In this document: one piece after another, positions 28,401 to 42,296 of the stretch
How the letters are laid out: each line of letters begins with the position of its first letter
Numbering within the stretch: the first letter of the stretch is position 1
Source: Chlorokybus atmophyticus
Taxonomy: Eukaryota; Plantae; Mesostigma and Chlorokybus algae
DNA: 64,000 nucleotides
Assembly: GCA_009103225.1 (NCBI GenBank)
Contig: RHPI01000575.1
Location: forward strand, 350,258 to 414,257
Direction: 5' to 3'
Notes under the pieces: generated by a model
Told to the model about the DNA's origin: nothing
Databases searched by the model: none
What the model saw: only the letters and a program-made list of their open reading frames with translations
Translations under genes and position numbers: made by a program

Positions 28401-29098
28401 ATTATGTCAGGTGGCGATCGCATGTGACTTCTGGCAAGTGGTCGCTGCTGCCGGACTATTTTTGGGTGCAGCCGCCGGCCTTCTGGGAGATGGCGTCGTC
28501 GCTTGTGGATGAGCTGTCGCCTTCCGGACTGGTCATTGTGAAGGGCGACGCCAATTACAGGTAACAAACAGCGGAAGCTGTTTGCGGCCATTATGCACAC
28601 ATGGGGTAGTGTAGAGATAGGGGCAAGATTGTGTAGGCCATTATGCACACATGGTAGCATGACACAGTGTGCAGTGTCGTGTTTGGCTCAGTGTTACTGG
28701 TACTGATTATATTACTTGTCTTACAGGCGTCTACTAGGCGACAGGGATTGGCCTCACAGCCAGCCGTTTGATGAAGTGTGCGGGTACTTCCCTGCTCCTC
28801 TGTGCGCACTTCGCACCCTGAAGGTGCGTGCGCTGTGTATGACTTACGCTTGACATGTTACGCGCCGGACAGTGTGCTGTATACATCCTGTGCCAGCGTA
28901 ATGTGCCTGTGCGGCTTTGGACTTTGTTTCCTGTGCACGGTAACAAGACGGCTTTATGACTTGCAGGCTGAGTTAGCGTGCGGTATACCTCCTGAGCAGG
29001 AAGAGAGGGCCAAGGCAGCGGACCCGAAGTGGCTAGTCAGCGGTCGCTTTGGGGTTGTTCAGTACACAGATGTAGGCGTTCGCTCGCCACAAACATAG
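25440..29098 (+). CDS. ARMT1-like / DUF89 damage-control phosphatase with a probable organellar transit peptide, multi-exon
   Basis: Motifs: APWLVTEFYFYRKI, DPFTQQKE, SLWGNRMDLSL, DIIVDNAGFELFTDLCLADF, KAHPTFVSDA, IVKGDANYRRLLGDR, ALRTLKAE, KWLVSGRFGVVQ. The N-terminus is Ala/Ser/Arg-rich and lacks acidic residues. Confidence 0.88.
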
Positions 29099-29259
29099 AT
29101 ATCTCACTATTGTCATTCAAATTGTGTGCTGAATGCGTGATGTGTAAACTACTCGTTCACATTTTGGCGCCTTTTGGAGGCAATATCCATGACTGACAGA
29201 CTTGACTAATATTGAGATATCAACAATAACATCATGCGCATCTGCTGGATGCATGTTTA

Positions 29260-32200
29260 TCATTCCATAGTATTCAACCCTGCCTCAAATTCATCCAAGT
29301 CCAGACCCCCTGCTGGCAACTCCTGTTCAGGAGTCTCACTGCTCTCCACCTGCTCGCTAGCCATGTGTAAAACACCATCTGCTTGGCCTGAAGCACCTCC
29401 CGAATTGGAACTCAGCTCTGCAGCCTTCGGAGTTTCCTTCTGCGCAGACTCGACCAACGTGTTCAAAACATTGTGCACCGCGAGCTCCGCATCGTTGTCA
29501 TGATCTTGGCCTTGCAATGCAGCCTTGCGCTCTAGCTCCATAGAGGCCAGCTCAGCAGCCATTGCATCATGCTCAGCCTGCGCAACAGCAATGCATAAGT
29601 GTGTTACACATGCAAAATGGGAGCCCCCACCACAGAGTCAGCAAACATTGCTTACTTGCAGAGTGGCAGCCTGGTCCCAGTCTTCTTGCTCAACGGCTTG
29701 GTCTATACTGGCCTGCAGCGAGTTGCATGCTTCCTGTAGCGATTGCCACCTTGCGTGCACATCATGTTTACCGTCTGCCAATTGCTCCGCCGCTGCTGTG
29801 CTTGTGACAGTGTCATGCTCGGCTCTTTGTGCTGCTTCAACTGGCTGTTCTCTATTGCTTGCCATTGTAACCTCAACTTGCGTGACATTCATGGCGGGAC
29901 TTGGTGTTGACGCATCATCAACTTCTGCTGCGAAGCCGTATATGTCCTCCAATACAGCAATCTCTGCACAGCACGCTGCTTCTTCCTCCTGGAACGAAGC
30001 CACATGTCACCAAGCCCACGAAGCCACACGTCCCAAAAGTTATCATTTGACACACGATAACTCTTGTGACATGTGAACAGGTGTCACATGTATTGAATAC
30101 AAGACATGTGAACAGGTGTCACCTGCAAGAACGCTTTAATGTCGTCAGGGGCATCAATCTTGGCTTCCTTCGTGGACTGCAGCAGTTGCCTGAGCCGTCG
30201 CCAGCTGGCAAAGGCTGCGCGCCTGGATACAACCAACACATTGTCACTGTATGCAACGCCTTCATGTACTTCTGTTATATCCAAGGTATGGAATGCAGCA
30301 TTCCATGCAAAGCAGCATCTCGCATGCTTTGTACAAGCGACATATACTGATAGCAACATAACAAGTAGACAATGCGTGCTGAGCTGGCGTAGCACTGCTC
30401 ATCTGACTATTCGTGCAGACATTGGCAAAGTATCATAGCGAACAAGTCTGCATCCAAAATGACGTTATAAATGTAGCAAGTTTGCATACCTTGAAACACT
30501 CTTCAACTCCCCTTGCATACTGCCAAGCAGCTGTTGTTGCAACACCTCGCCCTCCGTCGCGCTATCTAGTCGAGCAGCCAACTCGCTTGCTTCCTGTGTA
30601 CACTCGGGTGAGAACAGGCAACAACACGGCACCACATTGTCATCAATGCCAATGCATAGCAATCACCACACACAGAGACCAACTGACAACCATACAAACA
30701 TATCACTGGTGTGCGTACCGCAGCTGCAGCATCGCGCTCAGCAGCAACAGCTTTCGCCTCATTCGCAAGCCTCCCGGCTTCTTTAAAGTTGCGGGCAGCA
30801 GCAGCAAGTTTCTTTTCGCTCTCCAGCTCAGGGATGCGCTTCTCAGCCGCGGTGGCTCTCTGCTGGGCGGAAGCCACTTGCGCAGCAAGCTTGAGCTTAT
30901 GAGCTGCAGTCTGCTGCAGACTCGCTTGCGCTGCGTTAATTCGACCGCGCAGATTGGCTGCTTCGGATGAGGCATCTAGTTCCTCCTGCAACAACACATG
31001 CACGTATATAGACACGTGCACACACATACACGTTTGATTATACACAGAAGTGCCTATCACCAGTGCAATAGCGTCTGAGTTTGGGAGGAATCACCCATGC
31101 TACAGTGCTCCAGAAGGTCAAATGCTGATGGACTTGTAACGACAAACAAGGGAATGAGGCAACATTCATGTGCTGAACAGCACCTGCTTGAGTTGACGAT
31201 CGCGCTGACGAGCAGCCTGTTGCACATATAAATGGCGCTGTTTGACGTCCGCTTCAGCAGCCGCAAAAGAGGCCAATCTTTCCGCTGCGGCAACAAACTC
31301 CCGATGACTGTTACCAGCTTCTTCCGCATCCTCGGCTGCAAGGGAGGCCGCATTGCGGGCAACTTCCAGCTCTTCCAGTTGCTCCTCGCATGCTCGCAAC
31401 TCCAACTGTGCAGAGGCTTTCTCCTGTTCCACTTTTCGCCTCGCCGGCGCAAACTGCTCGGTGCTCTCTGCTATGCGCTTGACCACATCAGACATTTTAT
31501 GGCGCCTGTCCTCGATCTCACTCAACTTGGCCTCCAACGCCGCGCGCAACTTGTCCGCTTCCGCTTGCAAGCTGCAAAGCAACAAGGGATGCGTTATCAC
31601 TGAACCCCAGATTGCAACACATCAGTGTTGAAGAGGCAGCAAACATCAACACAACCGATAAGATTACTGCTGATTTCAGCCACCAGCTGTGCCAATAGGC
31701 CTTTTTAATAAAACATGCGCACAATTACGTTGATTTTTCACCTGTTACATTCAGCTTGCAGAGCAGCGCGTACTTCAGCATCTGATCCGCTGGCTTCTTC
31801 AGCAAGCCGCAGCAGTTCGGCTTCCTCGTCAGCAGCCGCCCGCACCTTGGCTTCAGCTTCCCTGCGCGCAGCCTCGTACTCGCTGCTACGAGCGCTCAAC
31901 TCGGCGTCTGTGGCCTCGTGCTGCTGCTGGGCTTTGGTTCTAAGTAGCGCATCCACTTGCTCAATCGCTAATATCAGTTGAGAAGCCGCTGCGGCAGCTG
32001 CCAGCCTTTCCGCCACTTCATCTTGCACGCTTTGTTCGGCTGCCTCCACCGCTTTGTCTGCGGCTGTTACTCAAAACAAGTTGTACATTAAAATTTTGTC
32101 ACAGCCCATTCAGGAACACCATGTCACCAAGATGGGCACAGATACAGGCAGAGATGGCTTGCTCAAGTTCTCCTCAGGGAAAATGTGTCTTTCTGCAATG

Positions 32201-34789
32201 TGTTCGCACCGTTGAAAGAATGCATGTGCGGACACACTTAGCACCTTTATCAGCCGCCTTGGACTTGGCATCCGCGTCCATCAACTGCTTTTCAGCCACA
32301 GCAATGCGGCTGGAGAGGGCGTCTGCTTGCTCAAAGTCCTCTGCTTCACTTGCCTTCACCTAAGAAAGCGAGAGAGCAGTCGTTGTAGAAGCAAAGGTCA
32401 CTCCCTTGCAGCAACAGTGCCAGAAGTCAATGATTAAAAGTAAAACCAATATGAAACAGTTGCTATGGGGGACGGTCGGATACGGGGTGTGTAACTCGAC
32501 AAGTGAACCGTTATACAACTCATGACATCAAAGGAAATTGTTCTGATGCAACCAACCTGTTGTTCCTCCAGCTCTGCCAGTTGAGCGGTAGCTCTTCGTC
32601 GCTCCTCTGCTGCTGCTCTTCGTGCTGTGAAGGCGCGTGCGCGGGCAGCGAATGCTTGCTGTTGCCTTTCTTGTAACACTCCTATAGCACGCCTGTGGCG
32701 GGCTTCCATCACCTGGGGAAGGCCTGGTGAGTTGCTACAGTTCTCATGGGCAAGGATAAAGGGCGAAGATGTCTGTTTGGGTCAGCAGGCACCTGCAGTT
32801 GTGCGCGCAGTTTGTCCATCTCATTGTCTGCCTGTGCAATCAATTGCGCCTCAAGCCGTCTCAAAGAGTCACCACCATCATCGTCCCCAGCAACAGTAAC
32901 AGCAGCGTGCTGCGACGCAATGGTTGCTTCTGCTGCAATCGTGGAGGGCATGCTTGGTTGTGGAGGCGTGACTGCTGACGACATTTCTGTTGACATTACG
33001 GTTGCTTCCGGTTCTCGCGCAACGTGCTGACTACTTGTTGATGGTGCTGGTGTATCTGCATGAGCTTCATTGGCGTGCTCAGATGTGACTGTGTGAAGCC
33101 TGCCCTGGTCTGCCGGTAGCAGGTCTTCTTGTGATGGTTGCGAGGAAGTCGCCGGCAATTGTTCAGCGATGTGTTCCATATGTTGGGAGTCTTCAAGAAC
33201 AGCCGGTGGAAATGATGTTGCTCGTTCTTCTTCGCGTGCATAACCTACCTGCATAGCCCAATGGTTACATCGCTCACACAAGGTTTCAAGGTATACAATC
33301 ACCTATGCTTACTGTTCTGCAGTAAAACAACCACTCACCCTAAAGCTCCGCTTTTTCCTACGGCTGTCTGCAGGCACTGCATGGCATACACAGCTGAGCA
33401 TCAAACCACATATACTACCCATCAGGTAGCTGTAGCAAACCTCTTAGAGTGCTATGGAACACAATGTGCATACATACAGAGTTGATGGACAGGACGGTAC
33501 AAGGCAGTGCTTTGCCTTTCAGCCATACCTGTTGAGTGCGAGTTCGGACCGGGCTGCTTCGCAACTGATGCAGTGACAAAATTGCTGGGTTGGATTGGAG
33601 GCGACACAGTAGGTTGCAGAGAGGTGATGCTTGTGACATTATTGCTTGTCATAAGAACATGTGCAATGGTAGGAGGCTCGGGTTCCATGGTGACCTCCAA
33701 ACCACTGCAGAGGTTCATGTCATATAAGAAAACAACCATTGCGCAACAATGCTTCTTGAGTACCACAGTGTCGTGTCAAACAAACCTGAAGAGGTTCTCA
33801 TCAAGGGGTCCACTGGATACCCCCATGGGTGTGGTGGAACTTTCAGCTTGAGGTGGCAGACTGCTGCTCGTCAACTCCATGACAAAGTCCATACCATCAA
33901 ACAACCCACCGCCAGTGTTATCATGCAGTGCGGCTGTTGGCTGTGGGCTGACAGCTGGCGAAACTGCCTTGGGAGAGCTGAGACGCTCAGCTGCAGCTGC
34001 CTGCGCGTATCAACAGCTGCAGCGTTCGCTTCAAGCTGACTGTATGCTCACAAGCATTGACTGTGCGTGTTGTGCGTAAGATGAAACCAATGCACATACG
34101 TTTGAGCGCAGCTGTCGGTTCATCTGCAGCATGACAGCTGTCACTGCCTCGCGCACTTGGTCGACCTTCCTGGCAGAAGCACACAAGCGAAGGTTTGGAA
34201 GATGGACACAACACGCTACCGTTCTTGCAAGGCAGCACCCACAACAGCTATGCTCGTGCGCATGCATAACAACACATGCAACGTTCCTATGCGCTTGAAT
34301 GCCTGCTGTTTTGCAACAGCAACGTGAGACAGTGCTGCTGTGTGACAGTACTAGCTAATGGATCAGCTAGTATGAGTCGCTAAGAGACTGACTGAAGTGT
34401 AATCCTTCAATCACAAAACTGCTTTCAACAACGCTTACCCTTGCCAGAAATTACGATCCTTGGCATCGGTCAGCTCAGAAACAGCCTGGTCCATGCGTGA
34501 CAGCACCTCCGTGGCCTGGTCAATGGCTGACCCGTCCACTCCATGTTTGTCGAAAGCTGAGAGCAGGCCTCCAGCCTTTACAACAAGCGTAATTTTCTTA
34601 CCCAATTGACAGACATGCTTGATCACGGGAGGTTAAGACACAGAATACCTCAGCAGCACAGTCCACCTGAGCATAGAGTGCAGACAGCTTCTCCGCCGCC
34701 TGCTGCTGGTGCTGCTCCCCGCCACCAGCCTGAGGCGGAGAGGCAGAGGCATGGGGGCTGCGGCTGCCGCCAAACACCTTCCTGAACAT
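29260..34789 (-). CDS. Long coiled-coil protein with UVR (UvrB/C)-like motifs, multi-exon; may be more than one gene
   Basis: Exon peptides include ASEAEDFEQADALSSRI, KKLAAAARNFKEAGRLANEAKAV, VEQEDWDQAATLQ and long A/E/Q heptad runs. A candidate start MFRKVFGG lies at 34789. Confidence 0.55.
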
Positions 34790-35003
34790 CACGCCACTTC
34801 CTCCTCCCTCTCCTCCTCTTCCAACAGCAGCGCCAGCACGTCCGCCTTCCGCACCTCAACAGCCTTTGCCTCCCACCCAGGACGGCTCTCGGCCTGATCA
34901 GGCCAACCGCCGGTGCTGGCCTGGTACAACCAAGACCAAAAATTGTGCAGCTTTGCCTGCGGCGGCGGCGGCGGTAAGGCCGAGGAGGACGTGGTGGCGC
35001 GCG

Positions 35004-37918
35004 ATGGCGATGCGGACGTCCTCGGCGGGGGCCGGGGCGTCGTTCTGGTTGCTTTGTGTTTTGGCGCTCCTATCTGTGGCCGTTGTGGCAGCGGAGCCAA
35101 GCGCCCAGCATGCTGCCTCTGTTAGCTCCGCTGAGTATACAGCGGCTCTAGCCAAGGCTGCGGCTGCGGAAGCACGCAACAAAATTCTCGGTGAGGACTT
35201 AGCTATTAACAACCTCAGCATAAGGGTTTTGCTGTGGAACCTTGCAATGAAGCCATGGGTCCAGGGTGGTCCACTGTACCAGGTCACGTCATGACAGTTG
35301 CATGTTGAGAATTGGCTACTAGTTGTTTGTGCTTGCGGCGTTATTGCCGATTGCTGCTTTCTGTTACGCTTGTGCGACTGCAAGCTGCCAGCTGCTGTGT
35401 GCATGCAACTGGTGTTTGTTTCGCTTTGGTTTGGACGTTCTGTGATGCTTTCCAACAGTTTCTTCTAGAATTGCAACTCTTGACTTCTCTTGTGCGAATT
35501 TAACTCTTCTTGAATATGAACACAGAGCTCGAGCTTGCAGCCGCTAAGAAGGCGGTACAGGCCTCCGAGGATTTGCTAGCCAAAGCGCGGGAGTCACACA
35601 AGAGCGAGCTGGAAAAGGTTCTTGCAGATCTGCTTGCCGCAAAGGTAAACAATGCTGCCAGTGGGTTGTTGTGCAAAACAGTTTGTTCAACAGTATCATT
35701 CTGTGCGCATGTGGTGGTTTGTGAGGCTTGCACTACAAGCGAATAAGTCCTGTTTGCATGCATGTGGCAGGCTGCAGCGTCAGACGCCTCTCATGGAGCG
35801 GGTCAGGTACAATAAGAGTTAGCTTGGAGCTGAGCTGTTTGTTGTAGAGCAGGACGACGGTTGACTTTGACATTGCTGAGCAGGTCGCTGAGTTGCAGAA
35901 CCAGCTGAAAACTGTTTTGGACGAGTTTGCGCAGTACAGAGAGCGCCAGTCCCGTGTGCTTAAGCAGGTAAGAGCGGCCATGCTTGCACAGAGTTTGTTT
36001 GCCGTGCAATGCAAGGCGCTTGCATATTGGCTGTGTGGGCAGAGCGTAGTGACAATGCTTCGCAGCATGCCAAGCATGTTGCTTGGCATGCCGAAACACT
36101 TTTAGTTGTGTCTGTAGCTTGGCTCACTGTTTGGAACACTCAGGTGGAGAGCAAGGCAGATGAACTGCTTCAGCGCGCATCGTCCGCAGAGACCAAGCTG
36201 CAGGATCTCAGTGTAAGCACGGTTAAAGAAGGCTTGACCTATGCGTGCCTGGCATAGGTCAAAGTATAAGGACGTGAGTCTTTGTTACAGAACGCGGATT
36301 CCTCGAGCAAGGCAAGGGCTGAGAAGGCTGAGTCGCACCTCACCGACCTGCAGGTTGGAAAGCACAGCTAACCTTACACTTGTGATCACTGGTGCTATGT
36401 GCTGTAAGTAGTTGTCAACGTCCTAATTCTTGGCTAGCCGTTTGGAGAGCGGCCTAGCTGTAAACATGGACGAAGATTGGAGCGGTTGTTTGCAATCGCT
36501 GGCACACTTTAGGCGGTGCAAAAGGAGATTTGCTTTGTACTGTAATATGGCTGCCAGACATGACGTACACTGCTCGTGCAGTATTGTGTAAACCCTGCAT
36601 GTGACGCTTCATGTGCACAGGAAGCCATCAACAAGGCTAAGAAGGACCTGGCGGCACGCACTGAAGACCTTGTTGCTGTAAGTAGCAGCTTTGGCCATAT
36701 CGATTGCATGGTGCTTTCGTCTTGTGTTTCCGCCATTTGCAGCGTGAAGTTTGCCTAACTTGCCACTGTGTGCAGCTGCAACACGCATGGATGCCTCACT
36801 GGCTGCAAGCCAGATACGCTGCAATCAAGGTGAGTTCTACGCAAAATTTGTATCCAATATAGGCATAACTCTCTTACACTTGTTTAAACGAGATTCAAGG
36901 CATACAATCAGAGTCACTAAGTACCAAGTCGCCTGACATCCATTCATTGAAGTGCAATACAACCCACCTGACAATAGTAACCTTGTCCATTCCAGGTGCT
37001 TGCGGATGATGTTCATGCCAAAGTCAAGCCCACTGTGGACCAGGCAACTGGCGCGAGCAAAGCATACATGAGCAAAGTTCTGGACGCCACCAAAGACGTG
37101 CGCACAAAGGCCATGGACGCAGTCAAGCTAACTTGGGAGAAAGTCAAGGTAGCATTTGCCTGGGCTTGTTTCGTGTGCAAGTCCTGTGTCATTGCAGGAG
37201 TGTTTGTGACTCTTGCTTGCATGTATGTGTGCAGCCTGTTTGGGCAGAAGTGGTCGCAGCATGGGAGCGTTTCGTGGCTTCAGCGGCGCCATACATCACG
37301 CAGGTCAAAGCACAGTGGCACAGATTGGTTCAGCTCGCCTCGCCCCACGCGCGCGCGCTCAGTGGACACGCCAACCGTTACTGGTCGACCGCGTCCGTGA
37401 AAGTCTCTGAACTGCACGCCAGATTTGCCGAAACACAGATCGGCCAGCGCGTTGATGAAGGGATCGCGCGGCTGCAGTCGGCCATAAAGCATGCGCTCAT
37501 GCAACACGAACTCACCGCACGCTTCGCCACCGACAAGGCATTGCGCTCACTGGTATGCGGTGATCGGCATGTACATAATTCAATATATATATTGGTGCTT
37601 CATGTTACAGCACGTTTGAATCTTGTTGCATTTTGTCGTGTGATGATTGAACATACCGTTGCTTGCCCGCAGGTCTCTTTGGTGCTGGCCGTGCCGTTGT
37701 TCTTGGCGCTGTACTTTGTGGCCACGCTGTTGACGTTGCCTTTCTCAAGGAGGAGAAGACCACAGCCTCCTGCAAGAAAAAGCGTGAAAGCGCCCGCTGT
37801 TGTAGTAGTAAAGCCGGCATCATCGTCATCGTCATCACGGGTGTTGGGTTCATCGCAAGCGCCTGTTACAGGTGATATCGCCGAGCGCAAACCCAGAATG
37901 AGCATGCGAAGGGAGTGA
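35004..37918 (+). CDS. Signal-peptide, coiled-coil, C-terminal transmembrane protein, multi-exon
   Basis: The N-terminal hydrophobic leader is FWLLCVLALLSVAVVAA. Coiled-coil exons follow, then KHALMQHELTARFATDKALRSLVSLVLAVPLFLALYFVATLL and a basic tail. Confidence 0.65.
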
Positions 37919-39723
37919 GCATGGACCGGTTGTAGTAGCGCGCTTGTGAAGGTGTGGTCGTGTGTGTGGCTTTTATGTACATAGTATTGTACGTAAAGCC
38001 TGTCTTGCTTCATGTGGCTGGACTTGGGTAATGTAGTTGTGTAATAAAGCAACATGCGTATGGTGAAGGCGTAGGTGTGCACATAGCGCATGCGCAAGTT
38101 GCCTTGTGCATGGTCGTGCTGTAGTGTTGTTGGCACCATCATGTATACTGTCCTGTAGTTTGGAAGCATTGCTGAAGTAATGACGTGTGATCACAGAGCA
38201 AGCACATGTATGCAAGCTCGATAGTGGCCAAAGTCACAAGGTTGGTGGAAAAGTAGGCAGGATGAAGGAATGCGAGTGGCTTAGCCCAGCGGTTGTGCAT
38301 GTGCTGGAGCTGGGTGTACAAAGTATGCAATGCAGAATTCATGCATGCATGACACACGCAACTACCACCAGCATATACACATTCCCTCTTGCATCTTTTG
38401 TACACAGTCATCAAGTACAACGGGGCTATGCACTCATTAGTATACTACCTACTTATCTACCTTCACTACCGCCCAACACCCCGTCACACATGAACACATG
38501 TTTACCTGCCCATACGGGCTGTTGTCAGTCATTGGCAGCAGGTACATCACGGCAATATGCACAGCAGCGACAACAACTCCCTCATCCTGCCCTCCTCCTC
38601 TGCCTCCCTGCGTGTTTGCTGGCCGCCAGGCAGCTGGTGGCTGTCTTGTGCAACAAGCACTGCGAACGTCAGCAGTGCTGTGCGTGCTGTGCTCCAGCGC
38701 CCCAGCTTGTGTGTAGTATGCAATGAGGGGTTGCGAGGGCATGCATAGGTTATAAGTTGTAGTTCAACCATGCAGTTACAGGCTATGATCAAAGGCAAAA
38801 CATACACCATAGGCCATGCATGTGTGTGATGTGGTTGCAGCGTGATACATGTTGAACGTGTCTTGTGCACCACAATGCATATGCCCTACAGCACTTCGGC
38901 ATCCACCTGAGGTGCACACAAAACTTAAAGAGGCTCTCCCTTCCTTCTTGTCCATTCCCTCTCCTTGTACTACATGCATCCACGTGTGACCGAGCACCAC
39001 ATGTCACATGTCACATGTTGTCATCGAGCCTGATTTTGCTCGTAAGATGTCACCGTTGACACAAGCCTCCCTGCCTCTTTTGCTTAAGAGGCTTGTATAC
39101 GGGGGCTTCTGCTTGAGTAAATACGATAAGCTAGCTTGGATAACTGAGTGATGTGACCCGGTGGTATAACGTATATGCTTATTATTTGCCTGCGATGCGC
39201 CGCACCACGGTGATGCTGGTATGCTTGCAAAGGTTGCATTGCGCATTATTGTACACTCTTGCCAGCATTTCGTTCAAGTGGATGCATCCGCGCTTGTATA
39301 GAGAGAATTTGCTATATGACAACGAAACAACATGTAAAGTTTGCTATCAAGCATACGAGACAAGCAACTTGCTTGAAGGCACGCGAGAGAGAGAGGAAGT
39401 CCGAGCCTAGTCGTAAAGCTCACTTTGATTGCTATATGTGTTAGCGGAATTGCATATGCTTTACGAGCACTACGTTTATGTTGAAGTTACTTTTGCAACA
39501 CGTATGGTTTTATTTACTTGACGTAAGTGTAGACAACATACAGATTTAACTATCTTTGGCTTTTGCGCTTTGTGCTCATGAATTGCTAATGATTGTTATT
39601 GTTGATATTGTGTTGATGGTATTGTGGTGCTCGGTGCACTCGGCTGCAAACCATATGAGAAAAATATGTTGTGGCAGCTCCGGCACGAAATTGCCGCCAG
39701 AAGGAATAAACTTCAACCTGCGA

Positions 39724-39737
39724 TTTTGGCGGGAAAA
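39724..39737. promoter_or_regulatory. Overlapping double E2F-type site TTTTGGCGGGAAAA
   Basis: Matches TTTSSCGS on both strands. It lies next to an N-gap and no target gene was identified. Confidence 0.3.
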
Positions 39738-39743
39738 GGGGGG

Positions 39744-39982
39744 NNNNNNNNNNNNNNNNNNNNNNNNNNNNNNNNNNNNNNNNNNNNNNNNNNNNNNNNN
39801 NNNNNNNNNNNNNNNNNNNNNNNNNNNNNNNNNNNNNNNNNNNNNNNNNNNNNNNNNNNNNNNNNNNNNNNNNNNNNNNNNNNNNNNNNNNNNNNNNNNN
39901 NNNNNNNNNNNNNNNNNNNNNNNNNNNNNNNNNNNNNNNNNNNNNNNNNNNNNNNNNNNNNNNNNNNNNNNNNNNNNNNNNN
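39744..39982. other. Assembly gap (N run)
   Basis: Run of n. Confidence 1.
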
Positions 39983-42296
39983 TGTGGCAATTTGAGCTTG
40001 TGTTCAGGGGGGGACCTGGACTTCTGGTACAACCTGGCGAAACAGGCATTGGCGAAACCGGAAACCCGGCACCGCGTACACACTGTTCCTGAAAGGCAGG
40101 TCCAAAGTGGAGGTCACTGCATGGGGCGGCTCTGCGTACTGTGCGGGTTTTGTGTGTGGAAGGAGAGATCAGTGGGGTGGAGGGCGCCACACCGGCCGCG
40201 CCGCTGTGGCGAATTGTTACACAAGCGGTGGACTCCCGTCTCATTGCCCTGCCCTGCCCTGCCCTGCCCTGACCCGCCATAGTGAGTGGTTGTGCGTGTT
40301 TGCCTGGTTGTGCGACAGCTTGTTGCTGTGTGCTTGCCGTTATCGCTGTGTGCCACACTCGGTGAACGTAGAGAGCTGCCTGATTGTTGTGTTGTCGTGC
40401 TTGTTGCTGGCCGCAAGCTCTCCAGTGGGGCATACAGTTCTGGTTATCGCCGAGCACAGCTGTCTGAAACTTGCCTGCTGCTGGTGCTTATGCATAAGCG
40501 TGCGCAAGCATGCACAAGCGTGAACAGGAGAAGTTGATGTACATACTGCTGCTGTAAGAATAGCCAACAAAGTCACTGCTTCGCATTTGCCGGGTAAGGG
40601 TTGGGGTAGACACAAGCAAGGCATGGAACACAACATCTATGGTACACACGCATACTATACCACGATGGCGGTCAGCCATTGGGGTTTTCACTCTGTGCAC
40701 CTCGCACCCGAGAAAGCGCTTGCCTCACCCAGCGTCATGTACGCAGCCAGGTGTTGAAACCCAGCCTAAATACCACAAGACCACTTCAGAAGCCACAATG
40801 TCCAGTTGGCGAGCAGCTGCTCAGTTCCTGAATGACATCTTTCCGACTATGAGCATGTTGCTGGCCGCGCCTCCGGGTACCTTTTATGTAAGTGATAGGT
40901 ACAATCAGTAGTGTTCGTTTATAGTTTGACCAGGTCTGGTTGCAGCGCGATTGACGGGGTTGTGTACAGGGTTTCAGCATGCACCGTGAGTTAAAGAAGC
41001 TCAGAGCTGAGCTGGGCTTTGGATTGGACAATCTGGACCCTACCCGTGGTACATCCAATGTTCCACCCAATCCTATCATGTCTCTCTGAAATGCGCCGTG
41101 GATTCAAGGAGGTCAAAGATTCGATTATTGATGATACACGGGACAGGTTGAATAGACTGGAGGTAGAAGCTGAGGCACTGATCAAGGCGCGTGGGGCAAA
41201 GGCTTTTGCAAGGAACCCTACCCCTCGCGGTGCACAGGAAGGTTGAGACTTGCAGTACCATTAAATTGTGTGACATGTGCGGCTGTAGTTGTGCGACAAG
41301 TCGGTTGGTGTTCTGCTACCTGTATTGCTCATCACAACCCCGCTCTATTTGCGTGCTAAGGTAGAGCACATTCTAGTCGATGAAGCTGTGCCCGTGTCTT
41401 GATGAAGTTGCTTTGTTCGGTACTTGTAATTGTGTGCATGTCACCTTGCCGTCGCATCACCGGTTAGCCTGTACAATGTGACAAGCGGGGAAACATGTTT
41501 GTTACTACCATGCACAGGAAAGGTTGACATACAAAGTGATATGTAGTGTGCAACATTTATGCGACTGGCATAATGTGGAGCACGATCCAAAAACCAGTGA
41601 GACCACTACACCACAGTACAGTACACATGTTCATGTACATGGTCTGTGCTGTAAACAGTAGCCGCCCTTCGCACGGGGCCCTTCAATGATGGAGGCGGAT
41701 GTGGCGCCTCGCCGTAGGCTGATGGGAGGGCAGGCCAGGAGGCAGCAACGGGCGGAGCACAAGTGTCAGGCGGGCGGTGTGGGTGTGTTGTGGTGCGTGC
41801 CATGCGACAGGGGCACTGGATGTATCAAGTTGGTGAGTGAGCGTGTGTGCGGCGTATACAAGATATGCCATGCGGATGTGCTGATGAGAGTGGGACAGTC
41901 ACTGCACGTGTATACATTTTTAAGAGCTAGTATGCTACATTGTGTATATATAGGTCATCTTATGAACAGTTGCAGGTGCTGACACCCATCCTAAGCAGGC
42001 GCTTGACATGCTCTTACAATCAACTTGTATAGTCAGAGGTGCACACGAGTCTCGCTGCGCAGTGATGACAGCGATTGCTCCACCACAGGGTCGCGTACTA
42101 GGGGTTTCAAATACCCACTGGGTGGGCACGTGCGCAGAACACAAGCAGCAGCACAGAAACACGAACAACACGGTGCCTAAGCAAGCATTCAAGCAACCGC
42201 GTTGACATGAAACAAGTAGGCCTACAGCAACAAATTGAGTCAACAAGTGCGAACTACCAATGTACACGCAGTATGTGCAGTGCTGACCACTACACC

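Noticed and set aside
38000-41990. Exon-like fragments (e.g. HPRLYRENLLYDNETTCKVCYQAY, EVKDSIIDDTRDRLNRLEVEAEALIK, VAAVHIAVMYLLPMTDNSPYG)
   Set aside because: There are probably one or two genes here, but I could not build a consistent model or recognise a family, and a gap interrupts the region.
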